Source: the human T2T-CHM13v2.0 reference genome, Homo sapiens
Assembly (NCBI RefSeq): GCF_009914755.1
Contig: NC_060932.1
Length of the DNA stretch: 64,000 bases
Strand: one strand, 5' to 3'
In this document: positions 18,785-42,604 of the stretch, one piece after another
How the letters are laid out: every line of letters begins with the position of its first letter
Numbering within the stretch: the first letter of the stretch is position 1
The notes under the pieces: generated by a model
The model's input: only the letters and a program-made list of their open reading frames with translations
Databases searched by the model: none
What the model was told of the DNA's origin: nothing
Translations under genes and position numbers: made by a program

Positions 18785-19416
18785 CTAAGCACATATCTTT
18801 AAGTCTAATTTCTGAGCTTATTTTCCTCACCCATAATGTAGAATAGTAATATATACATTGTAAGGTTTTATGGGATTAAATAAGATAGTGAGTGACATTC
18901 CCAATATACTCTAAGAACTTAGCATTATTATTACAACACCTACTATTATCGTAATTTCCTGTATATAGTGAAGTATGGAGTGAGAAGAGAGTGAAGGACT
19001 GAGCCTTGGATTGCAGTCACATGTAGGGAGCAGGAAGTAGGGGCAGGAAAAATATTCATGAAGAAGTAGCTTAAGGCTGGGGGAGAGAGAGAAGAATCAT
19101 GGAACATGATAGGAAGATAATTTCTTGGCCAGGTCAATATTAATGTCATGCTTCAGCATGGCCAAAGGTAACAGGACTTAGAGAAAAAGCCATCAACTTG
19201 AGTCACAGATTCACCGCTGCAAACATTTCAGAACTCTGCCAGGGACTTTGCTAGGCTTGAGGAGCACAAAGGTGACCAGGAGGCCATTGAGAATGGCAAA
19301 GGGGGCATGGGTAAAGGGCAGATTTCAAGAGGCAGGGAGTGGGTGACAAGAAAGTGTGGGCAGCAGGTTCAAACTATTTATTTAAAGAAATTTGGTAGAA
19401 GTTAAGCATGTCCAGC

Positions 19417-19882
19417 TGATGCAGGGCAGGCAAGTCCCAAAGTGGAGCTTAGCCTACCTGGGTTCTTGGCTTTGCCCAGGGAAGAATTCAAGGGCAAGCC
19501 AGAGGTAGAAGAAAACAGCTTTATTGAAGAGGCAGTGTTATAGCTCCATGACTGCTCTTGCAGAGCAGGGCTACCCTGTAGGCAGAGAATAGCAGCTTAG
19601 GCAGTTTTGCAGTCATATTTATACCCACTTTCAATTGCAGGCACGTTAAGGGGAGGTTTATGCAGAAATTTCTAGGGAAGGGGTAGTAATCGTTGGGTCA
19701 TTGCCCAATGATAGTAAGGGATGGTAACTCCCAGGTGTTGCCATAGCAACAGTAAATTGACATGGTATACTGATTGAAGTCTGATTGAAGGCTGCTTTCA
19801 CCCCAGCCCTGTTTTAGCTAGTTCTCAATCAGGTCCGATGTCTCAGCCCCACCTCTGGAGTCAAGTCCTGCCTCCTACCTCA
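19417..19882 (-). mobile_element. ERV1 solo LTR (MER66-like)
   Basis: tgatgcagg...cctacctca; perfect 4-bp TSD cagc; same family as 5427-6209. Confidence 0.85.
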
Positions 19883-19958
19883 CAGCTACTAGTGAATTTA
19901 TGCAGTAGATTTTCAGTTTCAACACTTTCATAGCTACTGCTATGAAAAGCACTTCTTT

Positions 19959-20772
<814 letters not shown>

Positions 20773-21338
20773 CTTTGATTCATCCCTGAATTATTACTGT
20801 GACCTGCATGAAAGTTCAGTTCTTAGTCATGGACTCAGCATTTTTTTATAGATTTCCACACATTTGAGTAAGTGGAACGTTCAATTCCAGCACCAGAGTT
20901 CCAACTCCCTGACAGCTCATTTCACCATTGAGAGTCCTGAATTTATTCCGTATTCAATGGTGGATTGCTGACTAAGAACCTCCTCTGCTTTAGTGGAGTC
21001 CCTGAATTTATAATTCATCAGCTGCCACTAAAGTCATGTTCATTGCCATCCAAAACTATTTTTCAAAGACCATTTATCTAGATTTCTGAACATGAATTTT
21101 CTGCTGTACTTACTCACCTGGTGTTTACAAACTGTCTTTTATTTTGGGGTAACTTTGGTCCTGTTTGCATCTTATCTACCCAGGCAGATTGTAAACCCTT
21201 GAGGGCAAAACCACTTGTACTTTTCATCTTTCACAGAGTGGACTTGAAATACATTTTCTTGAAGCACTGACTGAGGTTGATTGCAATCTCATGCATTCAT
21301 GTTTTGTAAAAAATATTTCCCCCATTGACTGGTTTTTA

Positions 21339-21837
<499 letters not shown>

Positions 21838-23022
21838 TTTTCTCTGGGTTTTAAATCCTGCATTTGGAATTCCAGTTATGCCTTGGAGAAGAGAGGTTTT
21901 GTGAGTCTGACTCTGTGTGTGTGTGTCTAATGTATGCTCAGCAAGTAAATTGGTTCTACCATTTCTCTAAATGACAAATTTGGTTTTTCTTACTTTGTTA
22001 TCAGCAAACTTTAAACTCCAAATGCTCCTCTTTAAAATATACTATTTCTGCTAATGCCATTCCCTTGCAGACGGAGTCCTGCTGAGAAAACGTTAGAATT
22101 GGACCAGGTTATAAAACAGAAATCATTGATTTTAGGGTTTTATTACCTGCAGCAAGGTATCATTTATTCTTAGAGACAGTGGAGTGATTTCTCACATGTT
22201 GGGCAGAGAATGAATGTGGCAAGACTGACTTCTGACTCTGGGATCTTAGCACTTGTGATCTGGAGGGCTAAAGAGCTACAGCTGGAGAATTACTCTTTCC
22301 ATTTGTAAACAAGAATGTAGACATTTTAGGCATAAATGACTGAGAACAGATTTTGTTGAAGTAGATGAGAACTTGGAACAATAGAGCCATCATTGAGTTA
22401 TACAAGAGGTCACCTCCATACATCTGCCTCCCTAATCTTGACCTCTCTTTTTATGAGTACAATTTTGCAACCAAGAAAGTTATGCAAACAACCCAAACCA
22501 CTTGGCAAATAACATTAGAGCTGAATGCCCTAGAACTCTCTTGGCCTTAAAAAACTGTTAGATTCACATGCCTGGCAGTGGGTTCTTCCATGTTTAACCA
22601 CTGCACTGATGGCCTCATCTGCCGTCTCCAGAAGCCTAGCAGTGTGTCAGTGGGTGGATTTCAAATTGAGATGGGATTTGACACCTTGGAGTTTTACAGA
22701 CTGGAGACTTGGGACCCAGGAATGCGTGAATCCTGCCTTGCCAATCACATCCTCCCCCTTAGTTCCCCAGAGAGCTGTGTACACAAAGAACAAAAACATT
22801 ATGAGAGTCAAGATCCAGAGAAGCTCTCTTATCTCATGAATTGGGCCTGTGGTTAGCTGATAAATGGAAAACATCATTCAGAGAGGGGAATCCTAAAAAA
22901 CTATATATGCAAACCCACCTTAGTCATTTTATTTTTATTTAAAACACATAAATGTATACTTAGTAAAAATCACTTTTATGCTTTTAAAAAATGCTAATTT
23001 TAAGTTGAAGAAAAAAGTATGA

Positions 23023-23325
<303 letters not shown>

Positions 23326-23520
23326 TAAACCATACCCATAATGTGTTGTCTATGATTTTTTAGTTTTGGTTTCTTTAAATTGGAACAAGGATTTCAAGAC
23401 ATCTGTAAAGCAGTCTAACAGCAGAACTCTTGTAAATTTTAATGGGAAATTTCCCAATGTTTTACATTTGTTTCATCCATGCCTGGTTCTATAGCAATTT
23501 TGGTTAGCAAATTGCTTTAA

Positions 23521-24205
<685 letters not shown>

Positions 24206-24297
24206 CCCAGCCCAGTTTTTATAATATTTAAATTACTTACAATAACATGTACAAATGACACATACAGGTTTGGAAACAAAAGCAACCTTGACTCTAA

Positions 24298-24486
24298 CAA
24301 TGGCTCTTAAGTTTTAGCGTGCCTCAGAATCACCTGGAGGGCTTGCTCAAACACATATTCCTGGGTCCCACTCCCAGAACTTCTGATCAGTAGGTCTGGG
24401 ATGGAGCCTGAGAATGGGCATTACTGACAAGTTCTCAAGCGATGGTTGATGCAGTTGGTTCACAGACCACACTTTGAGAACCAATG
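24298..24486 (-). mobile_element. MER5A (hAT-Charlie MITE)
   Basis: Reverse-complement homolog of 887-1074 (agaccacactttgagaaccaatg end). Confidence 0.85.
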
Positions 24487-25590
24487 TTTATAAGAATACA
24501 TCTCAGTCAATGGAAAAAGTACACAGGTGTCCTAGAGCCCATGTGTTCCACCAAGGCTGCTTTATCAGCATACAACCCAGCCAATGTGAGGCGTGTACAG
24601 GTGTTTTAAAACACAGGTGTTCTAACTGCCTTGAGTGTGTAGCATGCCCTGGGTTATCAGGATTCATATGGTCAGAGGGAATGAAAGCGTTGCTTGATCA
24701 GGAGTTGCTTAAGGAGTGATCAGTTAAAAGAGCATCTTAGTACAACTTTTTTCTTGAAACACCCGAGCCAATTTGGATACTCTATTCTATAACATTCTGG
24801 AAAAGGGGAAAGTTTGGAGTATGTGGCTTAGATTCAAAGCCTAAGCCAAGCCTTCAACACCTCTCTAAATTATTACCTTAGTCTAAATTACGGGGCCAGC
24901 ATAATTATGGGATATCCCTCTGAGAGACAGAAATGGCCGGGCTCAGATTATACCCCATGGTGTAAGAGAGGACATTCAAGAGAAAAGGTAGAGTGTGAGT
25001 TTCTGACTTTTAGGTATAGAGACCTGACCACTCATTGTTGCAGCACCATCAATGTCCTACAATTTGGAAGTCAGATCAGCAGCTCCTCTCTTTGTAGGGG
25101 ATACTAAGAAGTGGGTGGCCATAGATAGGACTGGCTGACTGATGGCAGGCACCCATATCCAGGATTGGGAGATTTTCATCATGGTGAATCAAGCCCAGCA
25201 TGAGGAAGTTGAAGCTGGGGATTGTTGACTGCTAACACGGGCCCAAGCAGGCTCTGGCATGGCCAACTCCTGTGACAAACAGACTGGACCGTGTGCCAGG
25301 GTTTAGCCTTCCTCGATCTCAGTGTTCCCAGTGTCACCATTGATTCTTTTGATGATCCCTTGGTTCTTGAGAAATGAGAAATGAACTATTAGAAGGATGT
25401 GGTGCTAGCTCAGTCTTTATGTTATGACTCAACTCTAGCAACCAGCTGATATCCAATGACGTTGAGATCCTGAGATGACATGAATGCCCTATCCCCAACA
25501 TAATGGCTTGTGAATTAAACCTGCAAATACTAGGTTCTACTAGAACTCTTTAGGGAGCTGAAGTTACAAAAACAATATTTAGACTGAAAC

Positions 25591-25870
25591 TTTTTTTTTT
25601 TTTTGAGACAGAGTCTTGCTCTGTTGCCTGGGCTGGAATGTAGTGGTGCAATCTCGGCTCCCGGGTTCAAGCAGTTCTCCCTGCCTCAGCCTTCCGAGTA
25701 GCTGGGATTACAGGCACCTGCCACCATGCCCAGCTATTTTTTGTATTTTTAGTAGAGACAGGGTTTCGCCATATTGGCAAGGCTGGTCTCAAACTCCTGA
25801 CCTCTGGTGATCCACCCTCCTCAGCCTCCCAAAGTGCTGGGATTACAGGCGTGAGCCACCATGCCTGGCC
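25591..25870 (-). mobile_element. AluS
   Basis: TSD tagactgaaactt at 25580 and 25871. Confidence 0.92.
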
Positions 25871-26273
25871 TAGACTGAAACTTAATGAAACTTTGAAGCA
25901 AAAGAATAAACGTAACACAGGTTATTACCCTTTACAAATCTTCAGTGTCCCTTTGCATCTTTTTATTGCTATGCTAAATATGTCATTATCTTCTCCATGC
26001 ATGGTTTTGCTTTTTAAAATTTTACATATGTATTACTTTTGTAGATTCTATTTCCTTGTTATTATTTACACACTTTTGATATTAATATAATCCTAAAACA
26101 TTGTAGGGAGTACTTTTTTTTGAAAAGGGACTGGTCTTAAGCTCCTGAGCTCAAATGATTGCCCTGCCTCAGTCTCCCAAGTAGCTGGGATTTCCAAAAA
26201 CTTTTTTTTTTTTGAGACAGGGTCTTGCTCTGTCAACCCCAGAGTTGACCCTAGGTGCACTCTCTTTTTCTCA

Positions 26274-26966
<693 letters not shown>

Positions 26967-26969
26967 TCC

Positions 26970-27660
26970 AGAACACCACTCCCCCTCATCCCCTGCAACA
27001 TCCTGGTTTAAGCCTCCACCCTTCCTCCCTGGGATTACTGGAGTCACTTTCTTACTGGTTTTCTACTCTCAGATTTGCCCTGTCAGTCTATTCTTGACTC
27101 ATGGGTCCAGAACCCTGCAGTGACTCCCAACTCATTCAGACTAAAAGCTGAGGTCCTTGCATGGCCCATGGGTCCCTCCTGACTGCCCCCTTCTCATCTC
27201 CCACCTCTCTCCCTCCTCCAGCCACCCTGGCCTCTTTGCTGATCCTCCAGCCCACCAGGCAGAGTCCCACCTCCTGGCCTTCGCACTTGCTGTTTGTTTT
27301 GCCCAAGATACCCTCTCCCAGATATCCTCACGGCTCGTATTTTAGTCAACACTCTTCCTAACCACCCACCTTCTCAGAGAGGCCTCTCCTGACCACCTCT
27401 ATTACATCCCACCTGCTACCCACTCCCCCACTGACCCTACTCCTATTCACTGTTTTGCTTTTCTCCAGAATTTTCTTTATCTCCTAATAGACTATGCTAT
27501 TTACTTATTTTACTTCTTATCTGCTCCCCACTCCCAGCATCATTATCCAAATATACGCTCCTTGGGGGCTGGAATTTTGGATTATTTTCTTACTTGTTCT
27601 ATCCCTAGCACCTAAAACAGGACCTGGCCCATAGTAGGTACTCAGGAACTAATGAATACA
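26970..27660. mobile_element. L2 remnant
   Basis: ccttcgcacttgctgtt, agaggcctctcctgaccacc, tatccctagcacctaaaacag..atagtaggtactca L2 3' motifs. Confidence 0.7.
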
Positions 27661-27766
27661 TTTTTGTTCATTACACATATTTGTGTAATGAACACATATT
27701 TGTGGAACTAATGAAACAAATGAAATATTTGTGGAACACAGGAACACATTTGTGGAACTAATGAAA
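27645..27766. repeat. Short degenerate tandem repeat (atatttgtggaac-taatgaa units)
   Basis: atttgtg(g/t)aa x4 and ggaactaatgaa x3, at the L2 tail. Confidence 0.7.
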
Positions 27767-28345
27767 AATCAGCCAGTGTATTTTCTCATACATTGTTAAA
27801 TCATTTACCCTTATTCAATGTTCATCTTATTTTCTAGGATTTTTTGTTGTTGTTGTAAACAATGCTATTAATAGTTTATTGTATATAATTTCACCCTTTT
27901 CCTGGCTATTTCTTTGGGTTTCACGTCCAGGGTGAACATTGTCAAATTGCCTTCCAAAAGGATCTTTCTCAATTTATAATGCCCCTACCATTAATAACGC
28001 TGCTGCCTTTCTACCACTGGGTTTTATCTCATCTTATTTTTGCCAGTTTACTAGGTGTAAGTGCACCTTGTGATGATTTTGATTTGCAATTCTTTAACTT
28101 TTAAATACAATTGTTCACATGTTCTTTAGTTTACTTCCTATATCTTCCTATATGAATTGCCTGATATAGACTCCTGATTTTTTTTGAGGGGGGCAGAGAC
28201 CTTGGGTTCATAACTGTTTATCCTACTCTTTTGGGGGGCAATAATATTAATCCTAATTAATATCTGTTATCATTTTGCCCTCATCCTACCATTCCCTTTT
28301 CCTCTGTTTGCATTTCTAATTCTGAATGTGTTTTATTCTCTCCAG

Positions 28346-28468
28346 CTGTGGACTACTGTGCCTCAGAAAACCACGGATGTGAACATGAGTGTGTAAATGC
28401 TGATGGCTCCTACCTTTGCCAGTGCCATGAAGGATTTGCTCTTAACCCAGATGAAAAAACGTGCACAA
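28346..28468 (+). CDS. MATN2: MATN2 coding exon, EGF-like domain 3
   Basis: ttctctccag|CT GTG GAC...ACA A|gtaagt; 123 bp; (A)[40 protein letters not shown]; absent from the ORF track. Confidence 0.97.
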
Positions 28469-29845
28469 GTAAGTTACACACACATGCACACACAGAGAAA
28501 TATTTGCTGTTACTGCTGTGGTGACTGTGACCATGGAACTCTCTCAAGTATAGATTAGCAATATAATTATGTCATGGGGGTCTAATACCTTTTGCCCCAT
28601 TCCTCCTCTGTCAGGACTTTCATGACTTGGCTTAAGACCATAGACCACTGTATCTCAACATCACTATTCAAGGAATATGATGAAGGCACCATGTGTAGGA
28701 CTGTTCCTTCAGCATCTGCTGAGCATGCTGACAATCCGAGCAACTTACTTCCTGCTAACTCAGCCTGACTGTGCCCATCAGCACTAACAGGGCTTGAGAT
28801 GTTTTCATTGAAGCTTTGTGGCTTGTGGGCTTTAGCTCTGACTCCACGCGAGAAAATCGCTGAGCCAAAAAGAATCATAAGTGATTTCTTCTGGTGGACC
28901 GCAGTTTGCAAAGAACTGCTCATGTTTTGTTTGAGCTATTTAGTTCAATTGGATTTTAACTGTATACATAAAAATCAGAATTAATTTCAGCTCCCAAAAT
29001 TTGAACATAAAATTCGATAAACTAAAGATGATCATTAGTTTTGCAAAAAAGATAATAACTAGTTACAAAAAGATTCCAAAAGTGTTCTATTAAATATAAA
29101 GGTACATCAGGAGACTTAAGGGATTGTGTATGGATTATTATCCTTCTATAGGGAGGATCACTTGAGAAAAGCTTGCTTGTTAAGTATTAGGGCCAAGCAT
29201 TTATAAAAAGTGGACTTTAATAACAATCTAGAATAGGGTAAGGCACCTCAGAGACATGCATCAGTGAGAAAACAGGATTTTAATTCATAAAAAGTTCATG
29301 TACCTACAACCTTTCTAAAATGTATTCACTATGTAAAACAGGATACATCTGCACAAAACCTTTTTCAACATAAACTTACTTCCTACTCTTCAATACCTAA
29401 ATATCAGCAGCTTACAAACACCAGAGCTGGAGGTTTGGGTGATGTATGGAACTATAAGGGACACATTAGGTCAAAAGCATACATTTCTGGAGCCCCAACC
29501 ATGTGCCAATAGAAATGAGTACGGCAAGGTCCTTAAGGGAGAAGATAACTGTGGCTGAGTCTTGGAGGTGGAGCTGTCATTCACTAGGCAGAAAAGGGTG
29601 AGGTGGGGGTTCCAGGAGAAGGAAAGAAGTTGAAGATGTGAACCAAGCAGAGAACTGTAGTCTCCATGCCCCGTGCATGACTGGCATATACAGTGGTTTA
29701 TTTGTTTTGTTTATTGAAAGAGTAAGTAAATGAATGAGTGGGCTGCTGTGTTTGTGGTCTCCCTTCCCTTCTGAATATTCTGAACTGTAAAATAGCAGCC
29801 TGTGCTGTCGTCGTGGTTGGGGAGTTGTGGTTGTTGGGCTGATGA

Positions 29846-30865
<1,020 letters not shown>

Positions 30866-32259
30866 TCCAAAACTCTAAAAAAATGAGTATTTAACTGTGC
30901 ATATACCACGTGCCTGGGCTACATTTAAAGGTGCAAAAAACATTCAAGATTTCCACTGCAAGCTGGTGAGGGACCTTAGCCATAGCCACACTGAGTAGCT
31001 GAGTCATGGTGCCAGGAGTTATGTGACCAAGGGCCTACAGTGTGATGCAGCCAGGACCACAGCAGGAGTTAGAGGAAGGAGACCAGTTAGACCAGAACAG
31101 GTGAGATGCTGCCTTGCAGGGATGAGGACTGGAGAAAAACACATATCCTAGCCAGTCTCCTACCTGCCTCTCCAGACTGCACACACTGGCTGGGGTCACC
31201 TGATTTCCACCCCAGCACCAGCCCTAGTTCCCAGAGTGGCACCATCTTCCCCACCCTGTGGCTCAGCATGCCTCCTGTCCCAGATCCCCAGCCCAGGGTG
31301 GTGCAGGCAAGGAGGGTGTTGGAGCCCTGGAATCAGACCCTGGAAGTAGATACCGCAGCATAGTGGGACTGGGAGAGGAGGTTTGGCTAGGAGCCACGGG
31401 AGGGGCTGATCCAGCTGTGAGGTCTCACCAGCTAGGCAGCGAGCCCAGCAGTGCAGTTGTCAGAATCAAGATCCAGAAGTGGGCCGCCCCAATGCGTGTG
31501 CAGGGAAGAGTGCTGGGAGACTGGAGGGTTCGTGCAGGCAGCCTCAGGGCAGTACATCCCTTAGAAGAGCCCTCTTCCCACCATGCTTGGGGTGGGCAGG
31601 AGCCAGACCCAGGAGGAGGGAGACAAGAGGAAGAAAGGAGACAGAGTACTTGGAAAGCTAAGAGTAGAAAATAAGGCAAAAGCCCAGTCGTAAGAATGAA
31701 ACACTCAGGAGTGCTCCAGATCTGTGGCAGGGACAAGAACTGAGAAATAGAGACTAGTTAAAATTACAGAAACAGGATAGAGGCAGAAGCTCAGAACCGA
31801 AGCAGCCACCCTGTTTTAGTGAGTACCAAGGCCTCCCACCAGCTTCCAGCCAAGTCGGCCTGGTTACTGCTGTGATGTTGAAAGATTTTTTTTTTAAATT
31901 CTACTTCTTATACACTTGCAAAAAATGAAAGAAACTCAGTTTCTCAAATTTCAGCCTATATTTTTAACCAAAAGTATATTTGAAAGCGAATACAATTAGT
32001 AAGTGTGCAACTATTATCTCAAAAAGGTAGACTAGTCAATGTAATAAACCAAGCATGGTTAATTTATGATTAAGCAAAAATGTACATAATAGGGCTTTAT
32101 GTTCATGAACCAGTACTATAATTTGAAATATGTAAGTGGTGTTCAAAAAAGCACCACCTTTATATCAATTTCTTACCCTAGAGCAGCCCATCCAAATCTA
32201 GACGGGAGAAAGGTGGAAACACACAGGTACCATCAGTTTGCAAAAAGTTAGCAAGACTT

Positions 32260-32870
32260 TTCTTTTTCTGGTATTGTTATAAAACATACATAATAGAAAA
32301 TTTACCACTGTACTCATTCAGTGGCATTAAATACACTCACATTGTGAAAAACGCATATCCTAGCCTGTCTCCTTCCTGCCTCTCCAGACCACACCCCCTG
32401 GCTGGGGTCACCTGATTTCCACCCAGCTGTAACTATCCTCACCATCCATCTCCAGAACTTTTCATCACCCCAAACTGAAACGCTGTACCCATTGAACAAT
32501 AACTCCCCATTGCCTGCCCTGTCAACCACCATTCTACTTTCTGTCTGTGAATTTCACCACTCTCGGCACTTCATGTAAGTGGGATTATATGGTATTTGTC
32601 CTTTGCCGTCTAACATATTTCACTTAGCATAATGTCCTCAAGGTTTATCTGTGTTGTAGTATATATCAGAATTTCCTTCCTTTTTAAGACTGCATAATAT
32701 TCAATTATATGTATATATCCCATTTTGTTTATCCATCTGTTGATGGACGTTTGGGCTCCTTCCACCTTTTGCCTATTGTGAATAAAGCTACTATAAAGAT
32801 GAGTGTTCAAGTCCTTGCTTTCAGTTCTTCTGGGTTTTTATACCCAGAAGTGGAATTGCTGGTCCTATGG
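32260..32870 (-). mobile_element. L1MB-type 3' end with an 82-bp foreign insertion
   Basis: cagtggcattaaatacactcacattgt...ccatctccagaacttttcatcaccccaaactgaaac...; homolog at 48190-48850. Confidence 0.85.
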
Positions 32871-33282
32871 TAGCAAGACTTTTTGAGATCTAGATTGAAA
32901 CCCTTATTCTTGAGCCAAGCATGAGAAAGAACACTCTCAGATATCCAGGGTCTTTTCACCAGAAAGATCTATAGAGGACTTCAGTCTGCTGGACAGGGAT
33001 TCATGTCTTTGGTAGCAAGGAGACTGTGGGCTTTGAGTCTAATGCTTAATCATCTAATGCCTGTAAGGATGAATAAAGGCAATTGCGGACACCATCTTTT
33101 GCATGTTGCCATTTATTATTTTCGTGCTTGGAGGTCATTATACTCATTGTTTTTCAGTCTCCAGTAATAACTTGGTTGACATTTCCATCCTTATTTTTCA
33201 AATAAGAATGCTTTGCACAGAGTAAGGCACTGAATGAATATTTTTGTGTTTGCACTAGAAACAAAACACAGAAGGAAGTAAA

Positions 33283-33405
33283 CTTTTTAAAGTAGAGATG
33301 GGGTCTGCTATGTTGCTCAGGTTGGACTAGACCTCCTGACCTCAAGTGATTCTCCCAGCTTGGCCTCCCAAAGTGCTGAGATTACAGGATGAGCCACCAT
33401 TCCGG
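33283..33405 (-). mobile_element. FLAM / Alu monomer
   Basis: gtagagatggggtctgctatgttgctcagg...gagccacc. Confidence 0.8.
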
Positions 33406-34488
33406 AAATAATTTTATACTGAATCAGCAATAGAAGAACTACAAAGTATCGGTTGTCAGGTTTCTTGGCCAGAGCATAGTTAACATACTGAGTGCCACTA
33501 CCTTCCTACAGCCTGTAATATGCCACTTTTGTGACTCCCTATGTGGATAAATCAAACACTTTCAGCTGGAAGAGGCTTTAAAGTTCAACCTAGTTCTTGC
33601 CCAACTATCCATCCTACAATATTCTCACTGTGCCATCATCCAACCTGCATTTGAATACCCCCACTGACAGGATATTCACTATACCCCATGGTAGTTCATT
33701 CCACTTTGTATAGCTCTGACTCTTAGAAAGTGATTCCCTAGACTGAGCTGATATCTATTTCCTTGCTCTTAGAAATGAACAAAACAAATTTGGCTACTTG
33801 CGTTCTTTGTGGCCACTAAGAGTGAGTCATATCAGAGTAACTTTATTTCACTTAGTAGACTAGCCAGGCATGGAAAATGTAGTAGTGACCATCTAAATTT
33901 TAATAGGCATTTGACCAATTTGTGTGTGGAGGAATTTGTGCTCAATGAATGATTGGTTGGTTTGTAACTGGCCGAATGTCTGTAACCACAGGATGCTAAT
34001 TGTTGAACTGAGATCCTCCTAGAAGGAGGTTTTTAAACAGCTTGCTGGGAAGAAGCCTTATGGAGGGATGAGAGCTATCTTCCATTCATAGGGTCCCCCG
34101 TGTTTCTTCATGGTGTGCAATGTGTATGTATCTAAACTCTCAAAAACACACTCCAGTAAGAGTAATACCAATAACCTTTTATTCATTCCACAAATATTTG
34201 TTGAGTATCTACTATGTGTCAGATATGATTGTAGACACTGGGCATGCAGTAATAAATTAAACAGACCAAAAAGAAACCCCACCAATATCTGTCCTTATGG
34301 AGCCTACATTCTATTGGAGCAGGATAAGAGAATACTACAGGTCTCAACAGCAAAGTAATACTAGTCTTTGATTAAAGATTTGAAGGCAGTGAGAGAAGGA
34401 GGAAACCTTTGAGGCAGAGGTAGAAATGAAATTCTATGAAATAAAATGATCTGTGATACTATCACACAGCACCAGTACAAAATGGATA

Positions 34489-34894
34489 TGTTTTAGTCCA
34501 TTTGTGTTGCTATAAAGGAACACCTGAGACTGGGTAATTTATAAAGAAAATAAGGTTTATTTGGCTCATGATTCTGCTGGCGGGAAGACTGGGCATCTAG
34601 TGAAAGCCTAAGGCTGCTTCCACTCACAGCGGGAGGTGATGTGGAGCCGACCTGTGCAGAGATCACATGGTGAGAGAGGAAGCAAGAGAGAAAGGATGAG
34701 GCGGTGCTCTTTTTAACAACCAGCTCTCATGAGAACTAACAGAGCAAACGTACTCATTACTGTGAGGACAGCACCAAGCTATTCATTAGGGATTCCCCAC
34801 CATGACCCAAAAACCTCCCATTAAGCCCCGCCTCCAACACTGTGGATTAAATTTTAACATGAAGTTTATGGGATCAAACATCCAAACTGTAGCA
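34489..34894 (-). mobile_element. MST-family solo LTR (MaLR)
   Basis: tgttttagtccatttgtgttgctataaag...catccaaactgtagca; gata-like flanks; homologous to the MSTB LTRs above. Confidence 0.85.
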
Positions 34895-35189
34895 GATATG
34901 CACACCTGAAGCTATATATATTTATTGTTTTTAGCAATGTTCCCTGATTATGTTCTTCTCCAAATCACAGGACACTTCCCACATTGTTCTTTTTTGTATA
35001 TTATTTGGGCCGTTTTCCATGGCAACTAGTTTCACAAAGTACAAATGTACAAATGTGTACATTTATTTTTAGTACTTTTTCTGATTACAAAAGTAATACA
35101 GGTTCATTGAGGGAAACTGGTTCCTATAGAAGTGAAATTCTATGAAATAAAATGATCTGTGATACTACCGCCCAGAAAAAACCACTGTT

Positions 35190-35325
35190 TTTGTGTTTGT
35201 TTTGCTTTTTGAGATGGGTTTCTCACCATGTTGCCCAGGCTGGTCTTGATCTCCTGAGCTCAAGCAGTCCTTCTGCCTTGGTCTCCCAAGTTTTGAGATT
35301 ATAGGCGCACACTACTGCACCTAGC
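35190..35325 (-). mobile_element. FLAM / Alu monomer
   Basis: gagatgggtttctcaccatgttgcccaggctgg... Confidence 0.8.
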
Positions 35326-35739
35326 TGATAACCATTGTTTATGCCAATTTGGAACATTTCTCTCCAGTCTTTTTTTAATGTATGTGTATGGATTTATTTT
35401 TATAGAGTTGAGATCATGCAGTATAATAATAAATCATAAGCATTTTGACATGTCACTTAAACGTTATCAAAAACATTTTAATGTCTGTGTAAAATTCTAT
35501 TATATGTATATGTCAGAATGTGTTCAGGTTTTTTTGGCTGCTCAAATAATATTGTGATAAACATTCTTATGCTTGAATCTTTTTTTCTGATCATTTTCTT
35601 AGGAACACAACAAAAAAGGAAATTTATTGAGTCAAAGGCAATTAACATTTTAAGTCTTTTGATACATATTCAAAATTATTTTCTAAAAACGTTTTACCGA
35701 TTTATACTCTACCATCAGTGTTTAAGGGGGCAATTTTTA

Positions 35740-36928
<1,189 letters not shown>

Positions 36929-37289
36929 TAAGGGAGCAATTTTTAAAAATGTTGCTGATTTTCTAGGAGAAAATTTCTTCTTCTTGCTTTTTTATCATGT
37001 CTTTAATACCTGTTCTTCATAAAATTATCCAATTATATATATCTAATTTATAAATGTATGTTTATTGGTGTTATTATTTGATTAATGAATATTTTCCAGT
37101 ATAAGTGATTGTAAGGGACTCTTACAAATTTCATGAAGCAAGGGACTGTGCCTCTTTGTTCAACACTGATCCTAGTGCCTGTCCCATGGTAAATGCTCAG
37201 AGAATATTTACTGAATGAATGAATGAACAGGGAAGTTAACATGTCTTCATATATTAGACATTCAAGAGAGAGGGAATAATAAAGATCTG

Positions 37290-40490
<3,201 letters not shown>

Positions 40491-40529
40491 AAAACAAGTA
40501 GAAGAGACTGTATTATTCCAAAATTTCTA

Positions 40530-41810
<1,281 letters not shown>

Positions 41811-41886
41811 TTTTTTAAATGCCTTTATATATGACTATGGTATTACAATTATATTGTTTATAAAGACTCCCAGTGTTTTAAAGCTA

Positions 41887-42604
<718 letters not shown>

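Noticed and set aside
21876-21927. TDP-43-repressed cryptic exon (gtgagt donor followed by TG repeat)
   Set aside because: TG run is only ~6 units, the exonic side of the donor is ttt, and the implied 25-nt exon has a weak acceptor.
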